Program-made: the position numbers and the translations under genes
In this document: positions 1 through 10,093 of the stretch, piece by piece
Layout: each line of letters begins with the position of its first letter
How positions within the stretch are numbered: position 1 is the stretch's first letter
Source: Planctomycetota bacterium
GTDB taxonomy: Bacteria; Planctomycetota; GCA-002687715; DRQF01
Direction: 5' to 3'
Assembly (NCBI GenBank): GCA_027001995.1
Contig: JALTLO010000041.1
Span: 1-23,652, forward strand
Length of the DNA: 23,652 nt
The notes under the pieces: model-generated
Database searches by the model: none
Told to the model about the DNA's origin: nothing
What the model saw: only the letters and a program-made list of their open reading frames with translations

Positions 1-467
1 ATGAAATCCCGGTCGTCAAAGAAATCTCTGATCGCCTTGATGATGCGGTTCCGGACGCGAATGATGGCATGTTGTTTCTTCGAGCGTAGCCAAAGATGCC
101 GGCGGTCCAGCAAGAAATCAGGACCAGGGCCAGTTTGATCATTACTTTGTTTAGCAATGGGATAGTCCACCGCTTCATTGACCAAGGTGACACCAGAGAC
201 GTGCAACTCGTAGCCCCCCGGTGCACGGTCATCCGCGGAGACTTTGCCCCGCATAACGATCGACGACTCAATACCGATACGGCCGCAAAGGTCAAATTCT
301 TCCTCTGCCACCTCTTTCTTGCTCATGATAGCTTGGGTGAATGCGGAACCGTCCCGAACCGTCAAGAAATGGAGTTTGCCCTTGGAACGGCGATTGGCCA
401 ACCAGCCCTTGATTTCGACTTCTTCACCGACGTGGTCTTTCAGGTCACAAAGATATACCTGACTCAT
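1..467 (-). CDS. asnS: Asparagine--tRNA ligase, 5' part (runs off the left edge)
   Basis: Not in the ORF track. Manual translation from ATG at 467 gives MSQVYLCDLKDHVGEEVEIKGWLANRRSKGKLHFLTVRDGS...APGGYELHV...DYPI...DFLLDRRHLWLRS...IRDFF, i.e. the OB-fold anticodon domain and the RHLWLRS motif of AsnRS. SD-like AGAGGT lies upstream. Confidence 0.92.
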   Translation of the reverse strand, partial: MSQVYLCDLKDHVGEEVEIKGWLANRRSKGKLHFLTVRDGSAFTQAIMSKKEVAEEEFDLCGRIGIESSIVMRGKVSADDRAPGGYELHVSGVTLVNEAVDYPIAKQSNDQTGPGPDFLLDRRHLWLRSKKQHAIIRVRNRIIKAIRDFFDDRDF

Positions 468-651
468 GATTCTACCTCTTTGGATTCCGATTCGGCTTCA
501 ATTGCGAAGATGCTGGGGGATTCTATCAGGGAAGGCCCGACACTCAATCTCCCCCCCAGTTTCCCGGCGATTGGGGCTTCCTGAGGAGAGTCGATAAGAT
601 AGCGCCTCCAAGAGCCAAATGGGGCTCCCCACAAGGTCGAAAGGACTTCGA

Positions 652-1467
652 ATGACTCTCAGCAACAAGAAATTGGCAATCCTCGGCGTCGGCAATATGG
701 GTAATGCCCTGCTGAAAGGGATCTTAAAGGCCAGTCCTGTGGCCCCCAAGGACGTCATCGTCACAGCTAGGTCCGAGGCCCGCTTGGTGGCGGCGCGGGA
801 AGAATTCGGCGTTGGTAGCACCACCAACAACACCAAAGCCGTGGAATTCGCTGACATCGTCCTTTTGTGCACCAAACCTCAGGGCATTGAGGATCTGGCA
901 AAAGAGATCCAGCCCGCTTTCGACAGCGAGAAACTCCTCATCTCAATCTTGGCTGGACGCACCACCAAGAATTTAGAAGACATGTTCGGCACCACCACCC
1001 CCATCATGCGTGCCATGCCTAATATCCCATCGATGGTCGACGAAGGGGCCACAGCAATCTGTGCCGGTTCGTATGCCACCGAAGAACACCAACAAGCCAC
1101 GCGGGCAATTTTCTCCGCGGTGGGCGAAGTCGTTGACGTCGCAGAATACCAAATGGACGCCGTCACCGGCCTTTCTGGTTCTGGGCCAGCCTACATCTAC
1201 ATGATCATTGAAGCCCTCACCGATGGCGGCGTAAAGATGGGCTTACCTCGAGACACAGCTATCAAGCTGGCAACCCAAACCGTTTTGGGCTCGGCCAAAT
1301 TGGTCAAGGAAACAGGACTACATCCCGCCATCCTGAGAGACCAAGTCACCACCCCCGGCGGCACCGCTATCGCCGCCATTCATGATTTGGAAGACCACGG
1401 CCTCCGCCCCATGCTCATCTCCGCCGTCGTCACTGCCACCGAAAAATCAAAGGAGCTCGGGGACTGA
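652..1467 (+). CDS. proC: Pyrroline-5-carboxylate reductase
   Basis: Rossmann motif ILGVGNMG, plus RAMPN, TGLSGSGPAY and VTTPGGT. Start placed at ATG 652 (AAGGA upstream) rather than 619. Confidence 0.96.
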   Translation: MTLSNKKLAILGVGNMGNALLKGILKASPVAPKDVIVTARSEARLVAAREEFGVGSTTNNTKAVEFADIVLLCTKPQGIEDLAKEIQPAFDSEKLLISILAGRTTKNLEDMFGTTTPIMRAMPNIPSMVDEGATAICAGSYATEEHQQATRAIFSAVGEVVDVAEYQMDAVTGLSGSGPAYIYMIIEALTDGGVKMGLPRDTAIKLATQTVLGSAKLVKETGLHPAILRDQVTTPGGTAIAAIHDLEDHGLRPMLISAVVTATEKSKELGD

Positions 1468-1497
1468 AGCTAAGAAGAAAATCTTGCCCAAATACGA

Positions 1498-3615
1498 TCA
1501 AGCCGAGAAAAACGGACTCCGTTGTCCATATCCGGTCATCGCCAGCTGATCTCGCGCCCGAGTCATGGCGACATAGAGCAAGCGGCGTTCTTGCTCTTCG
1601 AGCTCCACAAGGGTAGCCGAATCAAGGTCCAGGCCAAATGACTTTGGAATCCCACCTTCATGAACACCAACAACGAGAATACAAGGGTATTCCAAACCTT
1701 TGAGCCGATGCATTGTTGCCAAACGAATCCCCTTTCCAGCCACATCATCTCCATCCGTATCAACAACGGTCGTTCCTTGGCCAACGGCGTCGAGCATTGG
1801 CAGGTAGCGCCTCGTCAATTCTCGGTGACTTCGTGAAGCCAAGCAAATCTGCTCAGGAGGAAAAGACTCGAGCCAACCGGCGATGATTTTTCTAATGGAC
1901 TTTTCTTCGTCAGCGGCTGAATTCTCAAAGCACAACTTAGGAGCCACGCCCAACCGGAGAGAATGATACCCCTTCAGGTCATCAAGCCCACCATCCAAGT
2001 CATCGATTTGCAGGCCTTCAAGGAGCGCCACGGCTTGATTGCGGATTCGCTGCGTTGTTCGGTAATTCACCTTGAGTCGTCGAGATCGTCCGCGAATATC
2101 GATACCGACATCAGACATCTTCGCCCTAAATCCATAAATTCTCTGGTGAGCATCGCCAGTAAGGAAAAGGCTATTAGGTTCGTCTGGAGCGAGAGTTCTG
2201 AGGAGTCGCAGCTCAATGGGACGAAGGTCCTGCACTTCATCAGCCAAAATTGCCCGATATGGTCGGTCTTCTGGATGCGCTCTCAAATATTCTACGGTGA
2301 ATCGAACGATATCGGCCCATTCAACCTTACCCCTTCCATCAAGCTCATTTCGGTACTCAGCCATAACGCTCCAGACAGCGCTGCGCTTGCGACGATCAAG
2401 TGGAGTACCCCTGCCAACACGCTTCACCTTCAAATACTCCATTTTCGTAGTGAGGCCATTAGCTTGGACGACTTTGGACCACTCATCCGCGATGAAATCG
2501 CTTGGAAGTGCCAAATCTTCATGCTCGAAGAGTATCTCATCCCAGATGTCACGAGCCTCAGCGTCATTGACAATCTTATGCGTGATACCACGTTCACGTA
2601 GGAACCTTACGCAGAAAAGATGCAAATGGACAACCTTGATTCGTTTGAATTCATCATCGCACAGCTGTTTCAGATTGCTCCGTATGTCGCGAGCGAGATT
2701 TTTGGTGAACGTAGTGACAAGGACATCGCCTGATCGTCCAAAGATGTTCATCGTCAAATGCCGAGCACGATGCATCAGGGCGACGGTCTTGCCAGTGCCA
2801 GCACCGCCCAAAACACGCATAGGACCCTGAGCGTTCATACGAACAACACGGTCTTGGCTCGGATGAAGAAAAACTCTCCATTTCTCGAGAGGCGCAGCCA
2901 GTATTGTATCGAGATCCCGATCATCTGCGACAACATGAAGCCGTCTCTTGCTATCCGGATGGTCAATTGCCAGATCAAAATCATTGACATCAACTTTCGT
3001 CTTTAGCTCCTCAATTCGGTCGACAGCCTCCTCTATTGTGTGGCCCGTGGCGATCATGTAAAGAGCGTCGCTGCATTCGCCAGGTAGATGAGGGGCAATG
3101 AGGTCGAGATCTGCATCATTGAAAATCGCCCGTACTGAAGGAATCAAAGGGGCAGGCACAGCGCATAATTCCAAGTCAGTGTCGTCCAGTCGATCGAACA
3201 GCCCTGCGGGTTGCACAACCCTGTCAGACCCATTCCCTGCTGTTTCAGGCGTAGTGATAGCGATTTCTGTCTCGTCGTATATTTGAATTGCACCCATTTT
3301 CGGGTTCACTTCAATCCGGCGGTTCTTTGCCCATGAATAAGCTTCATCATGGTGATCGACCCACGCGAAGATATACACATTCCCCTTTGGTGGCCTCACC
3401 AGAATGATCCGGTACGCGTCGCCTGCTCGAATGCTTCGGATGTTCGGGTCTCGTGTCGCCAAACTCTCATAGTTAAGCCCTGGAGACTTCGGATCAGACC
3501 GGAATTTCTTAATAGCTTCACTAACACGTTTTGCGATCTTTTTTGGCAGCCTTCTGAAGGCGTCCATGAAAGTTTCGCTCAGTGCGACGCGAAGATCCCC
3601 CACATTCCGACTCAT
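1498..3615 (-). CDS. UvrD/SF1 helicase with N-terminal RelE/ParE-like domain
   Basis: SF1 motifs GGAGTGKT, DEVQD, GDAHQRIY, NYRTT, TMHRLKGLEY, YVAMTRAR. The N-terminal ~100 aa (F..AFRRLP...PGLNYESL...RSIR...YRIIL...WVDHHDEAY) look RelE-like. Its ATG overlaps the TGA of the upstream helicase gene (ATGA, 3612-3615). Confidence 0.88.
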   Translation of the reverse strand: MSRNVGDLRVALSETFMDAFRRLPKKIAKRVSEAIKKFRSDPKSPGLNYESLATRDPNIRSIRAGDAYRIILVRPPKGNVYIFAWVDHHDEAYSWAKNRRIEVNPKMGAIQIYDETEIAITTPETAGNGSDRVVQPAGLFDRLDDTDLELCAVPAPLIPSVRAIFNDADLDLIAPHLPGECSDALYMIATGHTIEEAVDRIEELKTKVDVNDFDLAIDHPDSKRRLHVVADDRDLDTILAAPLEKWRVFLHPSQDRVVRMNAQGPMRVLGGAGTGKTVALMHRARHLTMNIFGRSGDVLVTTFTKNLARDIRSNLKQLCDDEFKRIKVVHLHLFCVRFLRERGITHKIVNDAEARDIWDEILFEHEDLALPSDFIADEWSKVVQANGLTTKMEYLKVKRVGRGTPLDRRKRSAVWSVMAEYRNELDGRGKVEWADIVRFTVEYLRAHPEDRPYRAILADEVQDLRPIELRLLRTLAPDEPNSLFLTGDAHQRIYGFRAKMSDVGIDIRGRSRRLKVNYRTTQRIRNQAVALLEGLQIDDLDGGLDDLKGYHSLRLGVAPKLCFENSAADEEKSIRKIIAGWLESFPPEQICLASRSHRELTRRYLPMLDAVGQGTTVVDTDGDDVAGKGIRLATMHRLKGLEYPCILVVGVHEGGIPKSFGLDLDSATLVELEEQERRLLYVAMTRARDQLAMTGYGQRSPFFSA

Positions 3616-6600
3616 GCTTCACCGCTCGTCGACTGGGAACCAAGCGTTTTGTCAACGCCGTCCACTCCATCTTGAGGAAGCAAGACAACCCAATTGCGAT
3701 TGTGAAAACACAAAGCGTCCTCTGATTCCTCTGACATGAAAGCAACTCTCTCTTCCGGCCAGGCCACATCGGCTTGCGCCACCACCTGTCCAGATACAAA
3801 CAGCTCGAAAGGAACTTCTGGAAGAGGATGGCCAAGAGTCAAAGCATGCTCAACCATAGGAGCAAGATGTTCACCGGCGAATTCCAAAATCTCCTGAAGT
3901 TCCTCTTCGGATGCCTCGATCGTTGGTTCTGCAGCTTGGAGACCTCGGGATGATTCCGCGTTTTCGTCCACCAAGCTCGGGTTCTCCAAAACAAGCCGCT
4001 CGGTGCTTGTGAACTCAAATTGAGGGAGAAACTGCAACACGTTCACACAGCCTAAGAAAGACCGCCAATCATGCTCGAAATCATCCTCTGATCGGGCCAC
4101 AAACGTGTCATTCAGCCGCAGACGTGCCTTCAACGCGGGAGTAGGATTCTCGAGACTGGGCGCACTCTGAAGTTTGAGCAGCAACGCGACATGCTGCCCA
4201 AGACGAAGCAGTGATGGACTTTGTGGGCGCGAGCCATGGTAATCAACATTTCCATCTAAGAGAGGCCAAGAGATAGTCCCAAGAGCATTCTCAACTTTAG
4301 CGATATCCGCATCCAAGGGAAAGCTCCTTTGTATTCCCAACAAAACAGTCGTTGCAATCTTAATCGGGCTCACTTGATTTCGAGGATCACCCTCTGAAAG
4401 AAGAGCCAGGAGCCCACTGAATGGATCAGTTTGCTCAAGCAACGCAGTCAAGCCCTTGCCCTTTCGAACAAGGAACTCTCGCACGTTCTTAGAATCCTTG
4501 TGGCCCATAAAAAGCTGCGCTGAATCTCCCTTACCTTCAAAATGGTCTAAGTCGCGCCAAGTGTAGCTCCATACGATCCAATCTTGCGAATGGATGATCG
4601 CCCGTCGTTTGAGGACGTCGTCTTCGATTCGTGATTGAATCTTCTCTTTTTCCACATGATATGTGAATCCATCACCATAGACAGCGATCCCTTGGGCATG
4701 GGGCGCATCGGGCATGTCAAGCACGAAGTCAGGGCGCGTCGGTACAGACACGCCTTCAGAGGACCCAAGTTGCAATTGAGCTCTCAAACGCCATCTCTGA
4801 TTCCCTACGGTTAACGACCACTGGGCGCCTGGCAGTTCATCCTCAATTTGCACTTTTGGCAAACCAGTCTTTGGGCTATCCATCAACTCATGCAGAAGCC
4901 GTACGAAACGAACCTCCAGCTCACTTTCCATTCGAGTTGAAAGTCGAGCTTCTGACAGCGTCTTGATGTCCTTCAATCGCCCCTTGGCCCCAAGTATCTC
5001 TTCAAGAAGTCTCTCGCAAACAGACCGCTTGATCACACTGAGATTGGCCTGTTCTTGATAAGCGTAGAGGCAATGGTAGCAGCCTTCGCGCCCCTTCGTC
5101 TGGCGGCACCGGCAGCTGCGAATAGCTTCAAGTGCCAACTCGAGCACTTCTATAAAACCATCATTGCGCCAAAGTTGGGCCAAATACCCTGTGCCACCAG
5201 GGACGGTATCAAAGATCACCAAGAATCTACGACGTGCGAATTCATGATCTTCGTAGGGTTCAGTCATAGAGCGGATGGAAAGATGAATAGGGTTGCCCTT
5301 GAATTTCTTCCTTAGTCCGAGTTGAAGCGCAGCACGAAAATTGACCTCGGTGTCATGAGTTTCTTCCAGTGCCACTGGCAAGAGCACACGAATAGCTTGG
5401 CTCTCAAGTCGACGATAGAGAAAGACCGTTTCAATACGCTCCTTCTTGCCTTTTCTTGCGGCACACCAAAGAGAATGATCGATGTCGATCTTATTCTTGG
5501 CGAAGTTCCTTTCAGGGTCGGAAACACGGCCGCAGTCCATGCAGACCTTGAAGCCAGGTGCGACATTCTCATCGCCAGCTGTCATGAAATCAGCCGAGGG
5601 CGTATCGGTTCTCAAATGCCCCAAATTGATTTCTTTCAACTCAACGCCGCGAAGAAGTTCGTACCCAAACGGCAGTTCTTCAACCAAACGTGCGCCAGAG
5701 CCATGCTGAACTGGGTCAACATCAACCAAGGCTTGGAACTCATAGAAGAGACGATCTCTGTCGTCATCATCATCAACAGAAATACTCTCTATATCTTCAG
5801 AAAAAGAACGGGCCTCAGAGAAACGAATCATCTTGCGGAGTTGCCCAGCATCGTGCCAGCCTAAACTGCCACACCGAGGACAGGAATCTTCCGTAGACAC
5901 ATCGTTGGCCGCTAAGACCGTCATATGGCAATTGTCACAAAAGCGCCAAATCTCAACTTTTGGTTTGCCCTGACTTCCCACGTCCAAGTCAGTAATCTTG
6001 ACCTGGTGTCCCTCGGCATAGAATGTGTTTCCAGGGGCGAATTCACGCAGTGCGGCACTCGCCGGGCGCTGGTATTCCAAAGTCACATACTCAAACTTCT
6101 TCTCGCCGCCAGCGTCCATGTCTTTGCGCTTCCGAATCACAGACTTCAGGACAACGCCGGGCTCGGGAAATGCGTAATTGGGCAAGACCCCAGCATCCGT
6201 CAGCACGTTGAGGGGATACTTCAGCCGAAGTTCGCCAGCCACCCGGCGCAAAGACTGAATACCGTGATTCGTCTCTTCAATGGCTGCATCCACTTCGTCG
6301 GGGGGCACATCGTCAATGAGGCCCTCCTCAAGATCCCTAAGCCTAGTCTTCAGACGTGTCGTTTGCGAACGAAGTTCCTTCAGTTCTTCACCGATAGCCG
6401 CGAAGGCTCCGGATATGGCTGCGCTCACCTCCCCCTTTATGGCAAAATCAGTGAGCATGTTTCTGTCTTCAGCATCCAAGTTGCCGCCAAAAACCTTCAA
6501 AAACTCGTCCAACAGGCCTTGGCGATGGCCTTCCTCAAACTCAAGAAACTGTCCAGGAAAAATCCTCTGTCCCCGCTCGCTGAGCACCATTTCCACCTTG

Positions 6601-9600
6601 CGCGGAATAGGTGAGGCGTGTTCGTCATTTCTCGCCCAAGCGTCCATGCAAAATGCAGCAAGTTGTCGTTTGAGCATCTCCGGAGCTTCAAGAAAACAAC
6701 CCGGAGGCTCGACGCTACCTGCCAATATTTCTTCTGGCTGCTCAAGAAAATAGAGGTCGTGTGGCCGGGTAACAGCCATTGTCATGGTTAAGGAGTTCCC
6801 CGTTGAACGGCCCCCTCGCCCAATTCTTTGCAAATAATTCGCTGGCGCCGGTGGCACTGAGCAAAGCACCGTTGTCGACAAATCACCTATGTCGATACCC
6901 ATCTCTAATGTCGGGGTGCAGACCAAAAGGTTCTCGTCATCGGGCCGCTTGCGTTTCTTGAAGCGGTCCTCCAGATTTTCTCTATTGTCACGATTTAGAA
7001 GACCTGTGTGTTCACCAACGAAAATGCGCTCAATATTCCCCGAGCGATAAACTCGCGCATAGTAAACATCGTCTTGCAATGGGATAGAGTGCAGCCTGCC
7101 ATTTCCTCTAAACACTGGGCTTGGGGCGTCTGCAAAACAATCCAACATGGATTCAGCGACCAAGTAGCGCCGATTCGTATCTGAACACTGAAGCGCTACC
7201 ACTTTCTTGGTCACTTTCAGTTTTTCTGGATTCAGGCCCCAAACGGACGCACCCTTTTTGCTTTCCACTTCCAAGAAGATCCCTGAGCGTACGCAGGCTG
7301 CCATCGTTGCTCGGTAAAGTTCGAGAATCCCGGGGCTATTGTTGCTTACGCCAAAACAGCGAGCGGCAAAATCAACATACCAAGTCAGCCCCTTACCCAT
7401 GAATGAATCAAAAACCTCATGCCCTGGTCGACTGGTTAAGAATTTTGGCTGCCGAGAGTATTTGCCAAAAGGCGAAAGGTAGGGGTTCATGCGCTTCGAA
7501 AGCAGATAGCTGGCCCCATCCCTTTCAACATAGGTTTTCAACAAGGGGTGCATGATGCCGCCCCGCTGCCGAGTTCGCATCAGAATCGCGGCTAAGAACT
7601 GCCGCACGGAGGAAGCACCTATAACTTCTTCGCCGAATACTCTCTCTTCTGACAGCTCAAGCTCAAGTTCGCCAACCGCTGCACGAAAAGCATCTTGATC
7701 GACAACCAAAGTGCTACAACTCGCTTTCTCGAGTGATCGACCCAAAAGCGCCGCATAGCCAAACTCTTGGGTCACCTCCCAAGACAAACGCTTAAGAAAT
7801 CGCGACTTTAGATAATTGAAATTCCTCTCGTCTGGTTTCTCCATATACCGATCGTAAGCTTCAATGCGCCCTAAATCACGAGGCCAAAAAGTCGCGACGA
7901 TCTCGTTTTTCTCACGCTTCTGGTCTTGCCAATACTCCATCATCTCTTCAGCAAAAGTAGAGAGCGACAGATCTTCGTCTCGACTCTCTAGAAGCCCCTG
8001 AATCGCCGATCGCATGTTAAAACGATAAGTACGGGCGCCAAAGAAGCCAGCTCGATGAGAAGCGTCTTGCACGGAATCAGTGAAAGCGAGAAGCTTCTTG
8101 TCCTTATTGTAGGGCGTCAAATACTGTTCGGAGATGGCAACTGAAAGAAGACTCGGAGCCCGCGAGCCCAAGATACGCAGAGCATCTTCGGCGCCACATT
8201 CAGGACAGCGAAAGAGAAAACGACGCCTCCGCCCTTCTCCAGAACAGGTCTGCTCGACGATAACATCCATTGCAAGCTCAGGGTCGAGCTCACCATCACT
8301 GGCATGGCCAAGAGACAAATCTGACAGATCTAATCGGTGATTTATTAATTCGCCTTCTAACTTCCCAGGCAGAATAAATGCACTCATCGGGGCCTTCTCC
8401 AGCCATGCGTGCCCAATGTCGCTCCGCTTATCAAGCACCTGCTGTTTGGTTTGATGAATCCTGGCCGCGAAGCCAGAACAACCGCAGTCGCGACAATGAC
8501 CGATTGGCAAATAGCGCGCGTCTTGAGTTGAATGAATCTCATCTTCCCATGCGAATGCGGGTGCGGTGTCAACACGACGCATCAAGGCGCGAAGCTCACG
8601 CACCCACAACTGCACTTGAACGCTCAAGAATGGCGCTTCATCACCCTGCAATGTTCTTGTCCGCGCTTTAGAAATAAGCGCCACATAGGACTCCAACAGG
8701 GCCCTACGTACTTCGGGGTCACGATCATTCCAACCGTCTTCTGCGTCTGACAGCGCCAGATCTATTTGGTCAAATGCCTTGGGCCTGCCCCCAATTATCT
8801 CCAGGAGAGATCGCAACAGACCATGACCGCTGAGGGCTTGCCCCAGCTCGAATGGGTTATCGAAGGTGCGACCAAACCAAATCCGCTCTTGGGCCTCATA
8901 GTATTCGGACACGGACGATGCCATGTCAGGATCAAGCTCACTCAATCCGACGTTGGGTGTGACTGTATCTTCAAACACATCTCCCAATGCCTCATTGGCC
9001 GTTTGCCGATCCTCACGAACCAAAGAAGAACGATCGAACGTGACGCCAAAAATCTCTGAAGCAAACCGCGTCAAGGCTTTGTCAGAGTCAACATCTTCGC
9101 CGCCGATCGTTGCAGAAGTGCCCACACAACAAATACTGTGTTTGTCATGGGTGGGTACCCCAAGCCTCGCCTTCAATCGGCGAATCAAACAAGCGATGTC
9201 ACTGCCTTGGGCGCCGTCATAACTGTGCAATTCATCAAGCACGAGATAGCGCAAAGTTGCTGGGCGATTGAGCCGCCAAAGGTCTGCATCCTCGGGTCGA
9301 AGGAGCAGGAAATCGAGCATCTTGTAATTCGTAAGCAAGATATCCGGCGGCGATTTGCGCAACACATCTCTTTGATCCACCAGATGTTCACCGTCAGCTC
9401 GCCCATGGGTTCCTTTGCCTCCCACATAGAGCCCAGCCGTCACCCCAGAGTCTTTGAGGTGCTCATCATCGTGCAGCATCTTCGCCAAGCGCCTGGCTTG
9501 ATCACTGGCCAAAGCATTCATCGGATAGAGAATGATTGCCTTGATGCCATCAATACCCGCCTTGCGTTCTCGCACACAATGATCGAGCAAAGGAAAGAGA

Positions 9601-9938
9601 AAACACTCCGTCTTTCCTGAGCCGGTACCTGTCGTCACCAAGGTGTGCTGAGGTTGCCGACCGTCTTTTGATCTAAGATTGCGAAAGGCCTGTAGTTGAT
9701 GAGCATAGGGAGGAAAACTTGGCATAAGATCAAGGGGTTGCTCCTCTGCAACAACATCGATCTCTCCGGTGCGAAAGGGCAAACGAACATCCAGCCACGG
9801 ACCGCGGAATATGCCCCGCTCGCTCTCAAGAAACTCAAAGAACGCCGCAACAAATGCCTCATCGGCGAAACCAAAGGTTGCCCTCAGATAATCAAGGATA
9901 CTCCGTCGAACTTGTTCAACAACTACGCTGGGAATCAT
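3612..9938 (-). CDS. Large SF2 (DEAD/DEAH) helicase with DUF1998 Zn-binding domain and C-terminal restriction-endonuclease-like domain (DrmA+DrmB/DruE-like architecture)
   Basis: Motifs TGTGSGKT, DELH, SAT, EHTGLL, TPTLEMGIDIG, QRIGRGGR. DUF1998 signature FDTVPGGTGY...CRC...GCYHCL. Several CxxC pairs. ESELE...RPDF...AVYGDGFTYH resembles a Vsr/DUF559-type PD-(D/E)xK fold. GGAG/GAGG RBS upstream. Confidence 0.9.
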   Translation of the reverse strand: MIPSVVVEQVRRSILDYLRATFGFADEAFVAAFFEFLESERGIFRGPWLDVRLPFRTGEIDVVAEEQPLDLMPSFPPYAHQLQAFRNLRSKDGRQPQHTLVTTGTGSGKTECFLFPLLDHCVRERKAGIDGIKAIILYPMNALASDQARRLAKMLHDDEHLKDSGVTAGLYVGGKGTHGRADGEHLVDQRDVLRKSPPDILLTNYKMLDFLLLRPEDADLWRLNRPATLRYLVLDELHSYDGAQGSDIACLIRRLKARLGVPTHDKHSICCVGTSATIGGEDVDSDKALTRFASEIFGVTFDRSSLVREDRQTANEALGDVFEDTVTPNVGLSELDPDMASSVSEYYEAQERIWFGRTFDNPFELGQALSGHGLLRSLLEIIGGRPKAFDQIDLALSDAEDGWNDRDPEVRRALLESYVALISKARTRTLQGDEAPFLSVQVQLWVRELRALMRRVDTAPAFAWEDEIHSTQDARYLPIGHCRDCGCSGFAARIHQTKQQVLDKRSDIGHAWLEKAPMSAFILPGKLEGELINHRLDLSDLSLGHASDGELDPELAMDVIVEQTCSGEGRRRRFLFRCPECGAEDALRILGSRAPSLLSVAISEQYLTPYNKDKKLLAFTDSVQDASHRAGFFGARTYRFNMRSAIQGLLESRDEDLSLSTFAEEMMEYWQDQKREKNEIVATFWPRDLGRIEAYDRYMEKPDERNFNYLKSRFLKRLSWEVTQEFGYAALLGRSLEKASCSTLVVDQDAFRAAVGELELELSEERVFGEEVIGASSVRQFLAAILMRTRQRGGIMHPLLKTYVERDGASYLLSKRMNPYLSPFGKYSRQPKFLTSRPGHEVFDSFMGKGLTWYVDFAARCFGVSNNSPGILELYRATMAACVRSGIFLEVESKKGASVWGLNPEKLKVTKKVVALQCSDTNRRYLVAESMLDCFADAPSPVFRGNGRLHSIPLQDDVYYARVYRSGNIERIFVGEHTGLLNRDNRENLEDRFKKRKRPDDENLLVCTPTLEMGIDIGDLSTTVLCSVPPAPANYLQRIGRGGRSTGNSLTMTMAVTRPHDLYFLEQPEEILAGSVEPPGCFLEAPEMLKRQLAAFCMDAWARNDEHASPIPRKVEMVLSERGQRIFPGQFLEFEEGHRQGLLDEFLKVFGGNLDAEDRNMLTDFAIKGEVSAAISGAFAAIGEELKELRSQTTRLKTRLRDLEEGLIDDVPPDEVDAAIEETNHGIQSLRRVAGELRLKYPLNVLTDAGVLPNYAFPEPGVVLKSVIRKRKDMDAGGEKKFEYVTLEYQRPASAALREFAPGNTFYAEGHQVKITDLDVGSQGKPKVEIWRFCDNCHMTVLAANDVSTEDSCPRCGSLGWHDAGQLRKMIRFSEARSFSEDIESISVDDDDDRDRLFYEFQALVDVDPVQHGSGARLVEELPFGYELLRGVELKEINLGHLRTDTPSADFMTAGDENVAPGFKVCMDCGRVSDPERNFAKNKIDIDHSLWCAARKGKKERIETVFLYRRLESQAIRVLLPVALEETHDTEVNFRAALQLGLRKKFKGNPIHLSIRSMTEPYEDHEFARRRFLVIFDTVPGGTGYLAQLWRNDGFIEVLELALEAIRSCRCRQTKGREGCYHCLYAYQEQANLSVIKRSVCERLLEEILGAKGRLKDIKTLSEARLSTRMESELEVRFVRLLHELMDSPKTGLPKVQIEDELPGAQWSLTVGNQRWRLRAQLQLGSSEGVSVPTRPDFVLDMPDAPHAQGIAVYGDGFTYHVEKEKIQSRIEDDVLKRRAIIHSQDWIVWSYTWRDLDHFEGKGDSAQLFMGHKDSKNVREFLVRKGKGLTALLEQTDPFSGLLALLSEGDPRNQVSPIKIATTVLLGIQRSFPLDADIAKVENALGTISWPLLDGNVDYHGSRPQSPSLLRLGQHVALLLKLQSAPSLENPTPALKARLRLNDTFVARSEDDFEHDWRSFLGCVNVLQFLPQFEFTSTERLVLENPSLVDENAESSRGLQAAEPTIEASEEELQEILEFAGEHLAPMVEHALTLGHPLPEVPFELFVSGQVVAQADVAWPEERVAFMSEESEDALCFHNRNWVVLLPQDGVDGVDKTLGSQSTSGEA

Positions 9939-9980
9939 CCCTCACTCCATGCCAATCAGTCTCATGCCGAGCTTGAGCCC

Positions 9981-10008
9981 AATTTAGCAATCCTCCCCCT
10001 TCTGTCCA
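9981..10008 (-). promoter_or_regulatory. Possible sigma70-type promoter for the helicase-UvrD pair
   Basis: Minus strand reads TGGACA-16 nt-TAAATT, with TG-N immediately before the -10, about 40 nt upstream of the ATG at 9938. Confidence 0.3.
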
Positions 10009-10093
10009 GTGAGCTCAAATGGAGGTCATTTGGTGACGAAATCCACAGCTCCTGCTACTATCAGGCCCAACGCAAGAGATATAGAGGAATCGA

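Noticed and set aside
96..584. 162-aa plus-strand ORF
   Set aside because: Antisense shadow of asnS. The many ORFs nested in or antisense to the large genes were rejected for the same reason.
1468..1497. att site or intrinsic terminator at the proC/island boundary
   Set aside because: No hairpin with a U-tract, no tRNA, no integrase and no matching repeat seen in the window.
3612..9938. Druantia DruE
   Set aside because: The helicase+DUF1998 architecture and size are similar, but no recognisable Dru partner genes are present and the context is an MTase. It cannot be fully excluded without HMMs.
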